Shown: positions 8,999 to 17,380, numbered from the stretch's first letter. The stretch: DNA of 39,236 nucleotides from an uncultured Candidatus Saccharibacteria bacterium (GCA_964398205.1 CAYNLU010000006.1:1-39236); one strand, 5' to 3'. The notes: generated from the letters alone by a model not told the origin. Numbers and translations are program-made.

Positions 8999-9883
8999 AT
9001 GATTACAGTTCACAAGAGTGTTCTTTTAAAAGAAAGTATAGAAGGTTTAAATTTGATGGATAATGCTCTTTATATTGATGCAACTTTTGGTGGCGGCGGT
9101 CATACTAAAGCAATTTTAGAAAGTACTAAAAATACAAAAGTAATTGCTTTGGATCAAGATAAAGGAGCTTTAGATAGAGCTCAAAATAATATCAAAAATT
9201 TTGAAGATAGATTGATTTTTAAAAATTTAAACTTTCGAAATATTGATAAGGTTTCAGTAAAAGAAGTTGACGGGATTTTATTTGATTTAGGTATTTCTTC
9301 TGATCAATTAGATGTCGTCGATAGAGGTTTTTCTTTTTTAAGAGATGAGAAATTATTAATGACTATGAAAGAAAACCCTACCGAAGAAGATTTAACTGCT
9401 CATGAAATCGTTAATACTTGGGAAGAATCTAGTTTAGCGGATATTATTTACGGTTATGGAGAAGAGAAGTACGCTCGCCGTATTGCTCGAAATATTGTAG
9501 AAGCTAGAAAACTAAAACCTATCGAAACTACTTTTGATTTAGTTTCAATAATTAAATCAGCAGTACCGATATCTTATCAAAAAGGTAAAATCCACCCAGC
9601 TACTCGCACCTTTCAAGCTTTAAGAATCGCTACCAATGATGAATTGCAAGCTTTAAGTGAAGGTTTAGATAAGGCTTTCGGTTTATTAAAATCTGGAGGG
9701 AGGATGTCCGTAATTACTTTTCATAGCTTAGAAGATAGAATTGTAAAGAATTTTTTTAGAGATAAATTAAAAGAAAATAAATTAACTTTAGTAAACAAAA
9801 AACCAATTATTCCAAACGACGAAGAAGTTAAAAATAATAAAAGAGCAAGAAGTGCAAAATTAAGAGTCATACAAAAATTATAA
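8999..9883 (+). CDS. rsmH: 16S rRNA (cytosine1402-N4)-methyltransferase
   Basis: DATFGGGGHT, FDLGISSDQLD, FHSLEDRIVK motifs. Confidence 0.95.
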   Translation: MITVHKSVLLKESIEGLNLMDNALYIDATFGGGGHTKAILESTKNTKVIALDQDKGALDRAQNNIKNFEDRLIFKNLNFRNIDKVSVKEVDGILFDLGISSDQLDVVDRGFSFLRDEKLLMTMKENPTEEDLTAHEIVNTWEESSLADIIYGYGEEKYARRIARNIVEARKLKPIETTFDLVSIIKSAVPISYQKGKIHPATRTFQALRIATNDELQALSEGLDKAFGLLKSGGRMSVITFHSLEDRIVKNFFRDKLKENKLTLVNKKPIIPNDEEVKNNKRARSAKLRVIQKL

Positions 9884-9900
9884 ATTAATATATTAAAAAT

Positions 9901-10266
9901 ATGAAAGAAGCAAGTATAAAAGTAAAAAATTATGTTAAAAAAGTCGAAACTATTGATCAAGCAATAGATTTAAGAGGTAAAGTTCTTTATTTCTTGATGA
10001 TTGGTTTCGGAGTTTTTGCACTTTTGTATGTACTTGTTTTGGGTAATATGGTTTTCAATATAATTGAACGTAAAACCCTAGAAGCTAGTACTAGAGATGC
10101 TCTAAATGAAGTTGCAGACCTTGAAGCTTCTTATATGACCCTTGTAAATAATATCGATAAAACTTCTCCTTTAGCTTTAGGCTTAGTAGAAGTTAAACCA
10201 ACTTATGCAGTGAGATCTAACCTAGTATTAGAAGAAAACACCTTACTTGCTTTAAATGAAATCTAA
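9901..10266 (+). CDS. FtsL-like single-pass membrane protein (assigned by position)
   Basis: 121 aa, one TM helix then a helical region; sits between rsmH and ftsI as FtsL does. No sequence-level proof. Confidence 0.55.
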   Translation: MKEASIKVKNYVKKVETIDQAIDLRGKVLYFLMIGFGVFALLYVLVLGNMVFNIIERKTLEASTRDALNEVADLEASYMTLVNNIDKTSPLALGLVEVKPTYAVRSNLVLEENTLLALNEI

Positions 10267-11968
10267 TTTTACTTTTAGATTAAGAATAGTTTCTTTATTT
10301 ATTATTGTTATAGCTTTTGTTTTTGTTGCTAGACTTTTTTTAGTTCAAGTAGTTAAAAAAGAAGTTTTTGCAGAACGTGCCGATAGGCAATATGTCACTC
10401 CTTCAAGTGAGATTTTTGAGCGTGGTAGTATTTTATTTACTCGTAAAGACGGGGAATTAGTTTCAGGGGCGTTGCAAATATCCGGATTTAAACTTGCTAT
10501 TAGTCCATATAATATTAAAAATATTGAAAATACTTATGAAAAATTAAACGCTATTGCTCCTATTGATAAAGAAGATTTTTTACTTAAAGCTAGTAAAAAA
10601 AATGATCCTTATGAAGATATCATAAATCATCTGACTAAAAAGCAAGCTGATAGCATTAATGCTTTAGATTTAGATGGGGTTGAGATCCATAAAGAAAAAT
10701 GGCGTTTTTATCCTGGAAATAATACCGCTTCTCATACTTTAGGGTTTGTGGGTTATCAAGGAGATTCTCTCGGTGGGCGGTACGGTTTAGAACGTAAATA
10801 TGATGAAGTTTTGTCTCGGGATAAAGATAATCCTTATGTAAATTTCTTTGCAGAAGTTTTTACAGATCTTAATGATAATTTTTTTAAAAATAAAGTTAAA
10901 AAAGGAGATATCGTAACTACTATAGAACCAAACGTTGAAGCTTTTTTGGAAAAAGAAATTAGTGCCGTTAAAGCTCGTTATAATGCAGATCAAATCGGAG
11001 GAATTATTATGAATCCTGTTGACGGGTCTATTTATGCTGTATCTTCAAAACCGGATTTTAACCTAAATGATTTTCGTAGCGTGGAAGATATTTCAGTTTT
11101 TAGAAACCCTATGGTTGAAAACGTTTTAGAATTCGGTTCGGTGGTTAAGCCTCTCGTTATGGCCTCTGCGCTTGATGCAAAGGTTGTTAAGCCTACTACT
11201 TCATACACTGATGAAGGTTTTGTTACTGTTGAAGGTAAACAGATTTACAATTTCGACAAAAAGGGTAGAGGTAAAAATACCACAATGCAAGATGTATTAA
11301 ATCAATCTTTGAATACTGGTATGGTTTTTGCTTATAAAAAACTTGGCAAAGAAAAATTTCGAGATTATATGCTCTCGTACGGAATCAAAGAAAAAACCAA
11401 TATTGATTTGCCAAACGAAACCGGTAGTCTTATCTCAAACCTTTATTCACCTCGTGAGCTCGAATACGCTAACGCCTCTTTCGGTCAAGGTATAGCTTTG
11501 ACACCTTTTCAACTTATTCGCGCGTTGTCGAGTTTAGCGAATGGAGGGAATCTAGTTACTCCGCACTTTGTAAAGCAAATCAAATACGACGATTCGACTT
11601 TCAAAGATATAATTTACGAAACTAAACCTACAAAAATCTCTAAAGAAACTAGTCGAGAAATTAGTGAAATGCTTGTGACTGTTATGGATAAATCTCCAAA
11701 GGGCGGAACCGCAAAGATGGATCATCATAGTATTGCCGTTAAAACCGGTACAGCTCAAGTTGCTCGACCTGACGGGAAAGGGTATTATGATGATCGCAAT
11801 ACACATTCATTTATCGGATATTTCCCAGCTTATGATCCTAAATTTATAGTTTTGCTTTATGCAGTTAACCCCAAAGGTAGTCCTTATGCATCTGTAACTT
11901 GGGCTGATCCTTTTTTGAATATTGCGAAATTTTTGCTAAACTATTACGAAGTTAAACCAGATAGATAA
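10256..11968 (+). CDS. ftsI: Class B penicillin-binding protein (transpeptidase)
   Basis: N-terminal TM anchor; SVVK (SxxK), SLN (SxN), KTGTA (KTG) motifs. Confidence 0.88.
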   Translation: MKSNFTFRLRIVSLFIIVIAFVFVARLFLVQVVKKEVFAERADRQYVTPSSEIFERGSILFTRKDGELVSGALQISGFKLAISPYNIKNIENTYEKLNAIAPIDKEDFLLKASKKNDPYEDIINHLTKKQADSINALDLDGVEIHKEKWRFYPGNNTASHTLGFVGYQGDSLGGRYGLERKYDEVLSRDKDNPYVNFFAEVFTDLNDNFFKNKVKKGDIVTTIEPNVEAFLEKEISAVKARYNADQIGGIIMNPVDGSIYAVSSKPDFNLNDFRSVEDISVFRNPMVENVLEFGSVVKPLVMASALDAKVVKPTTSYTDEGFVTVEGKQIYNFDKKGRGKNTTMQDVLNQSLNTGMVFAYKKLGKEKFRDYMLSYGIKEKTNIDLPNETGSLISNLYSPRELEYANASFGQGIALTPFQLIRALSSLANGGNLVTPHFVKQIKYDDSTFKDIIYETKPTKISKETSREISEMLVTVMDKSPKGGTAKMDHHSIAVKTGTAQVARPDGKGYYDDRNTHSFIGYFPAYDPKFIVLLYAVNPKGSPYASVTWADPFLNIAKFLLNYYEVKPDR

Positions 11969-11971
11969 AAT

Positions 11972-13318
11972 ATGAAAAAAACTTTTAAAAAAATCATTTT
12001 AAATATATTAAGAATTGAAGCGGAATTAGTATTAAAGAAATACAAACCGCGTATAGTTACTATTACCGGATCGGTAGGTAAAACTTCTACTAAAGATGCT
12101 GTTTATGAAGTTTTGTCTAAATTTTACTATGTACGTCGTAGTGATAAAAGCTATAATAGCGAGATAGGATTACCTCTTACGATTTTAGGATTACCAAATG
12201 CTTGGAATAATCCTTTACTTTGGTTAGTGAATATTTGGAAAGGTTTAAAACTAATTTTATTTAAAAATAAATATCCAACTTGGCTTGTGCTCGAAGTTGG
12301 TATAGGTAAACCGGGTGATATGAGAAAAACTGCTTCTTGGTTATCTTCAGACGTAGTTATCATCACTACAATACCCGAAGTGCCTGCTCATGTAGAGTTT
12401 TTTAAATCTAGAGATCATTTAGTCGAAGAAAAAAGTAGACTTATTGATACTTTGAAAAAAGACGGTTTTTTAATACTTAATCGCGATGATGAAGACGTTT
12501 TTAATATGAAAACTAAAACCAAATCTCGGATTATGACTTACGGTTTTAATGAAGAAGCTGATATCGCTGCTAATAATGAAAACATATTCTACGTTCATAG
12601 AAATTTAGAAAATAAAAGTATAGTAAACGATATAGATAGTATTTTAGAAGATACTATTCCAAAAGGAATTAGTTTCCATATTAATGTTAAAGGTGCGAGT
12701 TTCCCGGTTATTATCGAAGGAGTTTTCGGTAAAAATCATATTTACGCTGCTTTAGCTTCTTTGTCCGTAGCTCATGCGCTTGATTTGAATATGTTAAATT
12801 CTATTTCGGCTGTTAAGAATTATGAAGTTCCAAAAGGACGGATGACTTTACTTACAGGAGAAAATAATACGTTAATTATTGATGATACTTATAATGCTTC
12901 ACCGTTTGCTGTAGAGTCTGCATTACGAACCTTAAAAGATATTAAAAGTAATAGTAGGAAAATTGCAGTTTTGGGAGATATGCTCGAATTAGGGCGTCAT
13001 ACCGAAGAAGCTCATAAGCATATTGGGAAAGTGGCTAGTGAGAATGTAGATATTTTGATAGTTGTCGGCCCACGTGCGCAATTTATTAAAGACGGAGCTC
13101 TCGAGCAAGGAATGCAAGAAGAAAATATTCATGAATTTGCAAACTCAACTTTAACTGGAGCTTTTCTTAAGACTTTTATAAAGCCTGGAGATATTATACT
13201 CGTTAAAGGTTCTCAAGGTGTTCGTATGGAACGCGCCGTAGGGGAAATCCTTGCTGATAAGAAAAATAAAAAGAATCTCTTAGTTAGGCAAGAGAAGGAG
13301 TGGCTAGAGAAAGAATAA
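11972..13318 (+). CDS. murF: UDP-MurNAc-tripeptide--D-Ala-D-Ala ligase
   Basis: ITGSVGKTSTKD P-loop, DDTYNASP, GDMLELG motifs. Confidence 0.9.
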   Translation: MKKTFKKIILNILRIEAELVLKKYKPRIVTITGSVGKTSTKDAVYEVLSKFYYVRRSDKSYNSEIGLPLTILGLPNAWNNPLLWLVNIWKGLKLILFKNKYPTWLVLEVGIGKPGDMRKTASWLSSDVVIITTIPEVPAHVEFFKSRDHLVEEKSRLIDTLKKDGFLILNRDDEDVFNMKTKTKSRIMTYGFNEEADIAANNENIFYVHRNLENKSIVNDIDSILEDTIPKGISFHINVKGASFPVIIEGVFGKNHIYAALASLSVAHALDLNMLNSISAVKNYEVPKGRMTLLTGENNTLIIDDTYNASPFAVESALRTLKDIKSNSRKIAVLGDMLELGRHTEEAHKHIGKVASENVDILIVVGPRAQFIKDGALEQGMQEENIHEFANSTLTGAFLKTFIKPGDIILVKGSQGVRMERAVGEILADKKNKKNLLVRQEKEWLEKE

Positions 13319-13344
13319 AAACGCTGTGGAAAAGCTCGCTTAAC

Positions 13345-13392
13345 TTTTCGGTATATTTTCGGTTATAATATATTTGTAGCAAAAAATTTGCT
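13345..13392 (+). promoter_or_regulatory. Promoter/operator region of the LexA-methyltransferase gene
   Basis: Direct repeat TTTTCGGT at 13345 and 13356; TATAAT 13364-13369; palindrome AGCAAA-AAA-TTTGCT 13378-13392 between the -10 and the ATG. Confidence 0.4.
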
Positions 13393-13398
13393 TAATTT

Positions 13399-14976
13399 AT
13401 GTCAAACCTTACAAAAAAACAAAAAGAAGTTTTTGACTTCATAAATATTTATATATCTGAAAATGGTATCTCTCCAACTATTGAAGAAATTAAAAAAAAA
13501 TTAAAATTAAAAGCAGTTTCTACTGTTCATGAACATATTAATTCTCTTAAAAAACAAGGCTATTTATTTAAATCTGAAAATTCTTCAAGGAGTTTGAAAT
13601 TAAAAAAAGAAATAAAGTCAATTGTAGAAATCCCAATAATCGGGAGCATAAAAGCGGGATACCCTTTGCCTGCAATTGAAGAAAGAGATGGTTCTGTTTC
13701 TGTAATAAATTCTCAAATTAAAACAGCAGAGGGTTATTATGCTCTCCGTGTTGTAGGTGATTCCATGATAGGTGACGGTATTTTTGACGGTGATATTGTT
13801 GTTATTAAGCATCAAACATCAGCAGAAAATGGACAAACCGTTGTTGCTATTATTGATGATAACGAAGCTACTCTTAAAAGAATTTATAAAAAAGGAAAGG
13901 GTTTTGAACTTGTAGCAAGAAATCCTAAAATGCCGACACTATTTAGTACTGATGTACAAGTCAGGGGAGTCGTTATTCAAGTTATTAGCAACCCAAATAA
14001 TGAATCTAAAGAAACACATAAAAATAATAAAAAACATGGATTTAAAACAATCGATCTTTTTGCTGGTGTTGGTGGAATTCGTATCGGTTTTGAAAAAGCG
14101 GGTTTTAAGACTGTTTTCGCAAATGACTTTGAAGCTCAATGCAGAGATACTTATGATTTAAATTTTAAAGATTCAAAATTAGTTGTTGAAGATATAAGAA
14201 AAATTGATGTAGATGATTTACCTAAATTTGATTTTCTTTTAGGTGGTTTTCCTTGCCAGGCTTTTTCTATTGCAGGATATAGACAGGGATTTAATGATGA
14301 AAAAGGTAGAGGAAATTTATTTTTTGATATTGTTCGTATTTTGAAAGCAAAAAAACCAGAAGGTTTTCTTTTAGAGAATGTAAAAAATTTAAAAAGCCAT
14401 GACGGAGGTAAAACTTTTGAAATTATAGAAGATGCATTAAAAGATCTTGGTTATCATGTAAAAGTTAAAGTGTTAAATACAATGGAATATGGAAATATTC
14501 CTCAAAATCGTGAAAGAATTTATATTGTCGGTTTTAGAAATAAATTGTATTCAGATAGATTTGAATTTCCTGGTCCAATTAAATTGACTACAAAAATTAC
14601 TGATTTGCTCGAAAAGAATGTTTCGGAAAAATATTATTACAATAATAAACCTTTATTTGAAAAACTTAAAAATTCAGTAAAAGAAGAAGGAAAAGTTTAT
14701 CAATGGCGTAGGCAGTATGTTAGAGAAAATAAGAGCGGTGTTTGTCCAACATTAACTGCAAATATGGGAACAGGAGGACATAATGTTCCAATTATTAAAG
14801 ACAAGAAGGGAATAAGAAAACTAACCCCTTTAGAGTGTTTTAAAATTCAAGGTTTTCCTGAAAACTATATTTTACCAAAAATTTCTGATTCTGCTCTTTA
14901 TAAACAAGCAGGAAATTCTGTGAGCGTCCCCGTTGTTGAGGCTGTAGCAAAGCAAATGATGAAAGCTATGGAGTAG
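13399..14976 (+). CDS. Fusion protein: LexA-type repressor (wHTH + S24 autopeptidase) and C5-cytosine DNA methyltransferase
   Basis: aa 1-197 LexA-like (A86-G87, S122 in GDSM, K160). aa 215-525 carry MTase motifs DLFAGVGG, GFPCQAFS, ENV, QNRERIYIVGF, GNSVSVPV. One uninterrupted ORF. Confidence 0.9.
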   Translation: MSNLTKKQKEVFDFINIYISENGISPTIEEIKKKLKLKAVSTVHEHINSLKKQGYLFKSENSSRSLKLKKEIKSIVEIPIIGSIKAGYPLPAIEERDGSVSVINSQIKTAEGYYALRVVGDSMIGDGIFDGDIVVIKHQTSAENGQTVVAIIDDNEATLKRIYKKGKGFELVARNPKMPTLFSTDVQVRGVVIQVISNPNNESKETHKNNKKHGFKTIDLFAGVGGIRIGFEKAGFKTVFANDFEAQCRDTYDLNFKDSKLVVEDIRKIDVDDLPKFDFLLGGFPCQAFSIAGYRQGFNDEKGRGNLFFDIVRILKAKKPEGFLLENVKNLKSHDGGKTFEIIEDALKDLGYHVKVKVLNTMEYGNIPQNRERIYIVGFRNKLYSDRFEFPGPIKLTTKITDLLEKNVSEKYYYNNKPLFEKLKNSVKEEGKVYQWRRQYVRENKSGVCPTLTANMGTGGHNVPIIKDKKGIRKLTPLECFKIQGFPENYILPKISDSALYKQAGNSVSVPVVEAVAKQMMKAME

Positions 14977-14979
14977 ATA

Positions 14980-15813
14980 TTAAAGTTTGTTTATTAAATC
15001 TATCCAATCTTTATCAGAATTATGTAATTTACCAACAGATTTTACATATCTATGACCATTACTAAATTCTTGTCCAGGTATAGAAGTTACTTTTTCTAAT
15101 TCATTAACATAAGCAAAACCACAAATCCATACAGGTATATTTTCAAGCTTTTCTATTTTCTTGAATTTATTATTAGTCTCAAAAAATTTTCTGACTTTAC
15201 CGAAGAAAGAATGATCTCTAAGAATTCTAAAAAGATGGTCGCTAGGTAAGCCAACTCTAGCAAATAAATAAACATCACTTTTTCTTTCAGAAAACTCAAC
15301 TTCATTTGCACCTAAAACTAAATAAGCACTTTTCATTTTACTTGCTTTTATTCCAACCCCGAGTTTTGGTGTTCTAAATTTTCCATTTTTCTCTATTTTA
15401 TCAAAATCTTGTGGAGTTATATGTTCTGGGTGAACCTCCTCATCCAGTTTAATTTTTGTTTTAAATTTTTTGCCTAAAAGATTTTTAATTGCATGTTCTG
15501 CAAGTATTCCAAGAATCACATCATCAGCCGCTTGGACTTCAGTTCTTTGTCCTCTTATTCCATTTAGAGAAAGACCACCATATACCATTTTTATCGCAAA
15601 TTCAAAACAAGTTTCATATTCTGACATTGTTAGATGAATAGTTCTCTCTTCCTTTAATTTTTTCCATTCAGAAATTTTTGTTTTATCAAAATACCAACGA
15701 CCACCTATTTTTTCACCTTGGATTTCTTTACTAAATTCAAAATAATTTTTGAAGTCTTTTTCTGGGATTTCTAAGAAATCAATTACTTGTCTTTTTGTTA
15801 GTTTATTTTCCAT
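14980..15813 (-). CDS. Putative type II restriction endonuclease with N-terminal excisionase/MerR-like HTH
   Basis: Convergent with the MTase (3-nt gap) and 1 nt downstream of a C-protein gene. N-terminus LTKRQVIDFL...KIGGRWYFDKTKISEW resembles HTH_17. Nuclease family not recognised. Confidence 0.55.
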   Translation of the reverse strand: MENKLTKRQVIDFLEIPEKDFKNYFEFSKEIQGEKIGGRWYFDKTKISEWKKLKEERTIHLTMSEYETCFEFAIKMVYGGLSLNGIRGQRTEVQAADDVILGILAEHAIKNLLGKKFKTKIKLDEEVHPEHITPQDFDKIEKNGKFRTPKLGVGIKASKMKSAYLVLGANEVEFSERKSDVYLFARVGLPSDHLFRILRDHSFFGKVRKFFETNNKFKKIEKLENIPVWICGFAYVNELEKVTSIPGQEFSNGHRYVKSVGKLHNSDKDWIDLINKL

Positions 15814-15814
15814 C

Positions 15815-16036
15815 TTATTTAACGAAAAAATTTAGAGACTTTTTATAAATTTTTGCAAACTCCTTGAGTTGTAAAACATCAAATCTTCTTTGGCCTGATT
15901 CTATTTTAGAAATATAAGATTGACTCTTTCCCAGTTTTTTAGCAACTTCAATTTGACCCAGACCAGACTTAATTCTAGTTTGTTTTAAAAGTTCTACAAT
16001 TTTTTTATGCTCATCTTTATAAATTGCTCTAGGCAT
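15815..16036 (-). CDS. XRE-family HTH controller (C) protein of the R-M cassette
   Basis: 73 aa; GLGQIEVAKKLGKSQSYISKIESGQR HTH; immediately precedes the endonuclease gene. Confidence 0.75.
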   Translation of the reverse strand: MPRAIYKDEHKKIVELLKQTRIKSGLGQIEVAKKLGKSQSYISKIESGQRRFDVLQLKEFAKIYKKSLNFFVK

Positions 16037-16257
16037 ATATAAATATAATATATTCCATTATGTATTATTCCAAATTGTCATATATAAAAATTATTATAGA
16101 ATTAATATGTTTTTACGCTTGTGGCCACAATAATTTTCTTTTCGTCAAAAGAAAATTTTCCAGCCCCGGACGTGAACTATTTTTATTGCTATAAAAATAT
16201 GCTTCCGTCTTCACATTTCGCTCGTATGCAAAGCAGTTTGCATACTTTTCGCTCATG

Positions 16258-16329
16258 TGACTCTACAGGGAATCGAACCCTGATTACCGCCTTGAGAAGG
16301 CGATGTCCTAACCGTTAGACGATAGAGCC
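16258..16329 (-). tRNA. tRNA-Glu: tRNA-Glu (anticodon CUC), no encoded CCA
   Basis: GGCTCTA acceptor pairs with TAGAGTC; anticodon arm TCGCC-TTCTCAA-GGCGG; T arm CAGGG-TTCGATT-CCCTG; close to canonical tRNA-Glu. Confidence 0.93.
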
Positions 16330-16337
16330 ATTTATAA

Positions 16338-16365
16338 AATATAACAAAAATAAACTTTTTTGCAA
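16338..16365 (-). promoter_or_regulatory. tRNA-Glu promoter TTGCAA-16-TGtTATATT
   Basis: Minus-strand -35 at 16365-16360, -10 at 16343-16338; only 8 nt separate the -10 from the mature tRNA 5' end. Confidence 0.5.
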
Positions 16366-16399
16366 AAAAATAGCCCTTTTCGTCTTTACGAAAGGGCTA
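16364..16399 (-). terminator. Intrinsic terminator of the 63-aa gene
   Basis: Minus strand: TAGCCCTTT-CGT-aaag-ACG-A-AAAGGGCTA followed by T7. Confidence 0.7.
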
Positions 16400-16444
16400 C
16401 ACTTACAATAGTCAATTCCAAATGAGGAACTAATTTTTGGGGTT

Positions 16445-16636
16445 TTATGCAAACCCCGAATGTTTTTTTGACCTGGTAATACCAAGCTCAGTCTTTAAGT
16501 TTTGAAGATCTTTTTTATGATTATCTATTTCGTGTGTAAGGTTAACTCTGGCTTCACCAGTAGCATTTGCTCTTTGAGCTTGTAGTTGTCGAATTGATTT
16601 TTCATATTGATCAACATCTGGATGATTTTTTTCCAT
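16445..16636 (-). CDS. Small helical protein, unknown function
   Basis: 63-aa charged, helix-prone ORF with its own terminator; no family recognised. Confidence 0.55.
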   Translation of the reverse strand: MEKNHPDVDQYEKSIRQLQAQRANATGEARVNLTHEIDNHKKDLQNLKTELGITRSKKHSGFA

Positions 16637-16742
16637 AAGTACAAAATTTAATTATTTAATAAATTTAAAATGAAAATAAGAGGTTTTTGGGATGTTTTCA
16701 ACAAAACTAAGGTGGTAAGATCATAATGATTTTTTTAAAAAC

Positions 16743-17243
16743 CTAAGCCGTTTGCAACTGCTTTTGGTTCTCATTTTTGAAAATACCTTTGGCGAGAGAA
16801 TATGGTTCTATCTCCAAAATTTCCCAATGAATCATTTTTCCAGTATTGCGACAAAGGTAAGAACCCTTGTCTCCAACTTTTTTGCCCAGTATAGCTTGCG
16901 CTAATTGGCAACTTACAGAAACACTTGCACTTTTGCCAATGCAAGCAGCATCAATAAAAATTTTCTTACGTTTACCATTAACTAGAAGTAAGACCCCGTT
17001 TCCCAATAAACATTGCTCAGACTGGTCTTTAATCTGGGCGATGGGTGCTTTTAACAATAAACTAAGCTGTATTGCTTCATTGTGTAAAGCAATTTTTCTT
17101 AATCTGTATTCTTCGAAAGTCTGAGAATGGGGATCTGTGGTCTCCATTGCTTCTCCTATTTCTGCTTCTTCTTTTAAAGTTGCCTCCAACTTTTTTAGTA
17201 AGAATTTGTGAGTGTTTTGTGGTATAGCTTTGACGATACTCAT
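16743..17243 (-). CDS. GreA/GreB-family paralog (Gfh/Rnk-like)
   Basis: C-terminal SVSCQLAQAILGKKVGDKGSY...WEILEIE matches the Gre C-domain; N-terminal helical hairpin. Confidence 0.7.
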   Translation of the reverse strand: MSIVKAIPQNTHKFLLKKLEATLKEEAEIGEAMETTDPHSQTFEEYRLRKIALHNEAIQLSLLLKAPIAQIKDQSEQCLLGNGVLLLVNGKRKKIFIDAACIGKSASVSVSCQLAQAILGKKVGDKGSYLCRNTGKMIHWEILEIEPYSLAKGIFKNENQKQLQTA

Positions 17244-17358
17244 GCTATTAAACTTTTTTGTGTAAATAAAAAATTGTGCAATCGTTATAGGATTTTTTTG
17301 TTTAAAAATTTTAGGGAGGTAAAATCATTTCTGTAATTTTTAATGTTAGTAAATAGGG

Positions 17359-17380
17359 AAAAAGGTTCACCGAAGTGAGC
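17359..17380 (-). terminator. Weak terminator-like hairpin downstream of the GATase gene
   Basis: Minus strand GCTCAC-ttcg-GTGAAC followed by CTTTTTC. Confidence 0.35.

Noticed and set aside
16051-16072. Direct repeat TATTCCA (16051 and 16066; TGGAATA on the coding strand) upstream of the C gene, considered as a C-box operator
   Set aside because: It is only 7 nt long, direct rather than inverted, and sits in extremely AT-rich sequence, so chance cannot be excluded. Mentioned only as a place to look.
13319-16257. R-M cassette as a tRNA-integrated mobile element with att repeats
   Set aside because: No integrase or recombinase gene is present, and I found no copy of the tRNA-Glu 3' segment near 13.3 kb. 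Insertion remains an inference from synteny only.
16121-16318. 65-aa plus-strand ORF
   Set aside because: It overlaps the antisense of tRNA-Glu and the hairpin-rich spacer. No coding signal.
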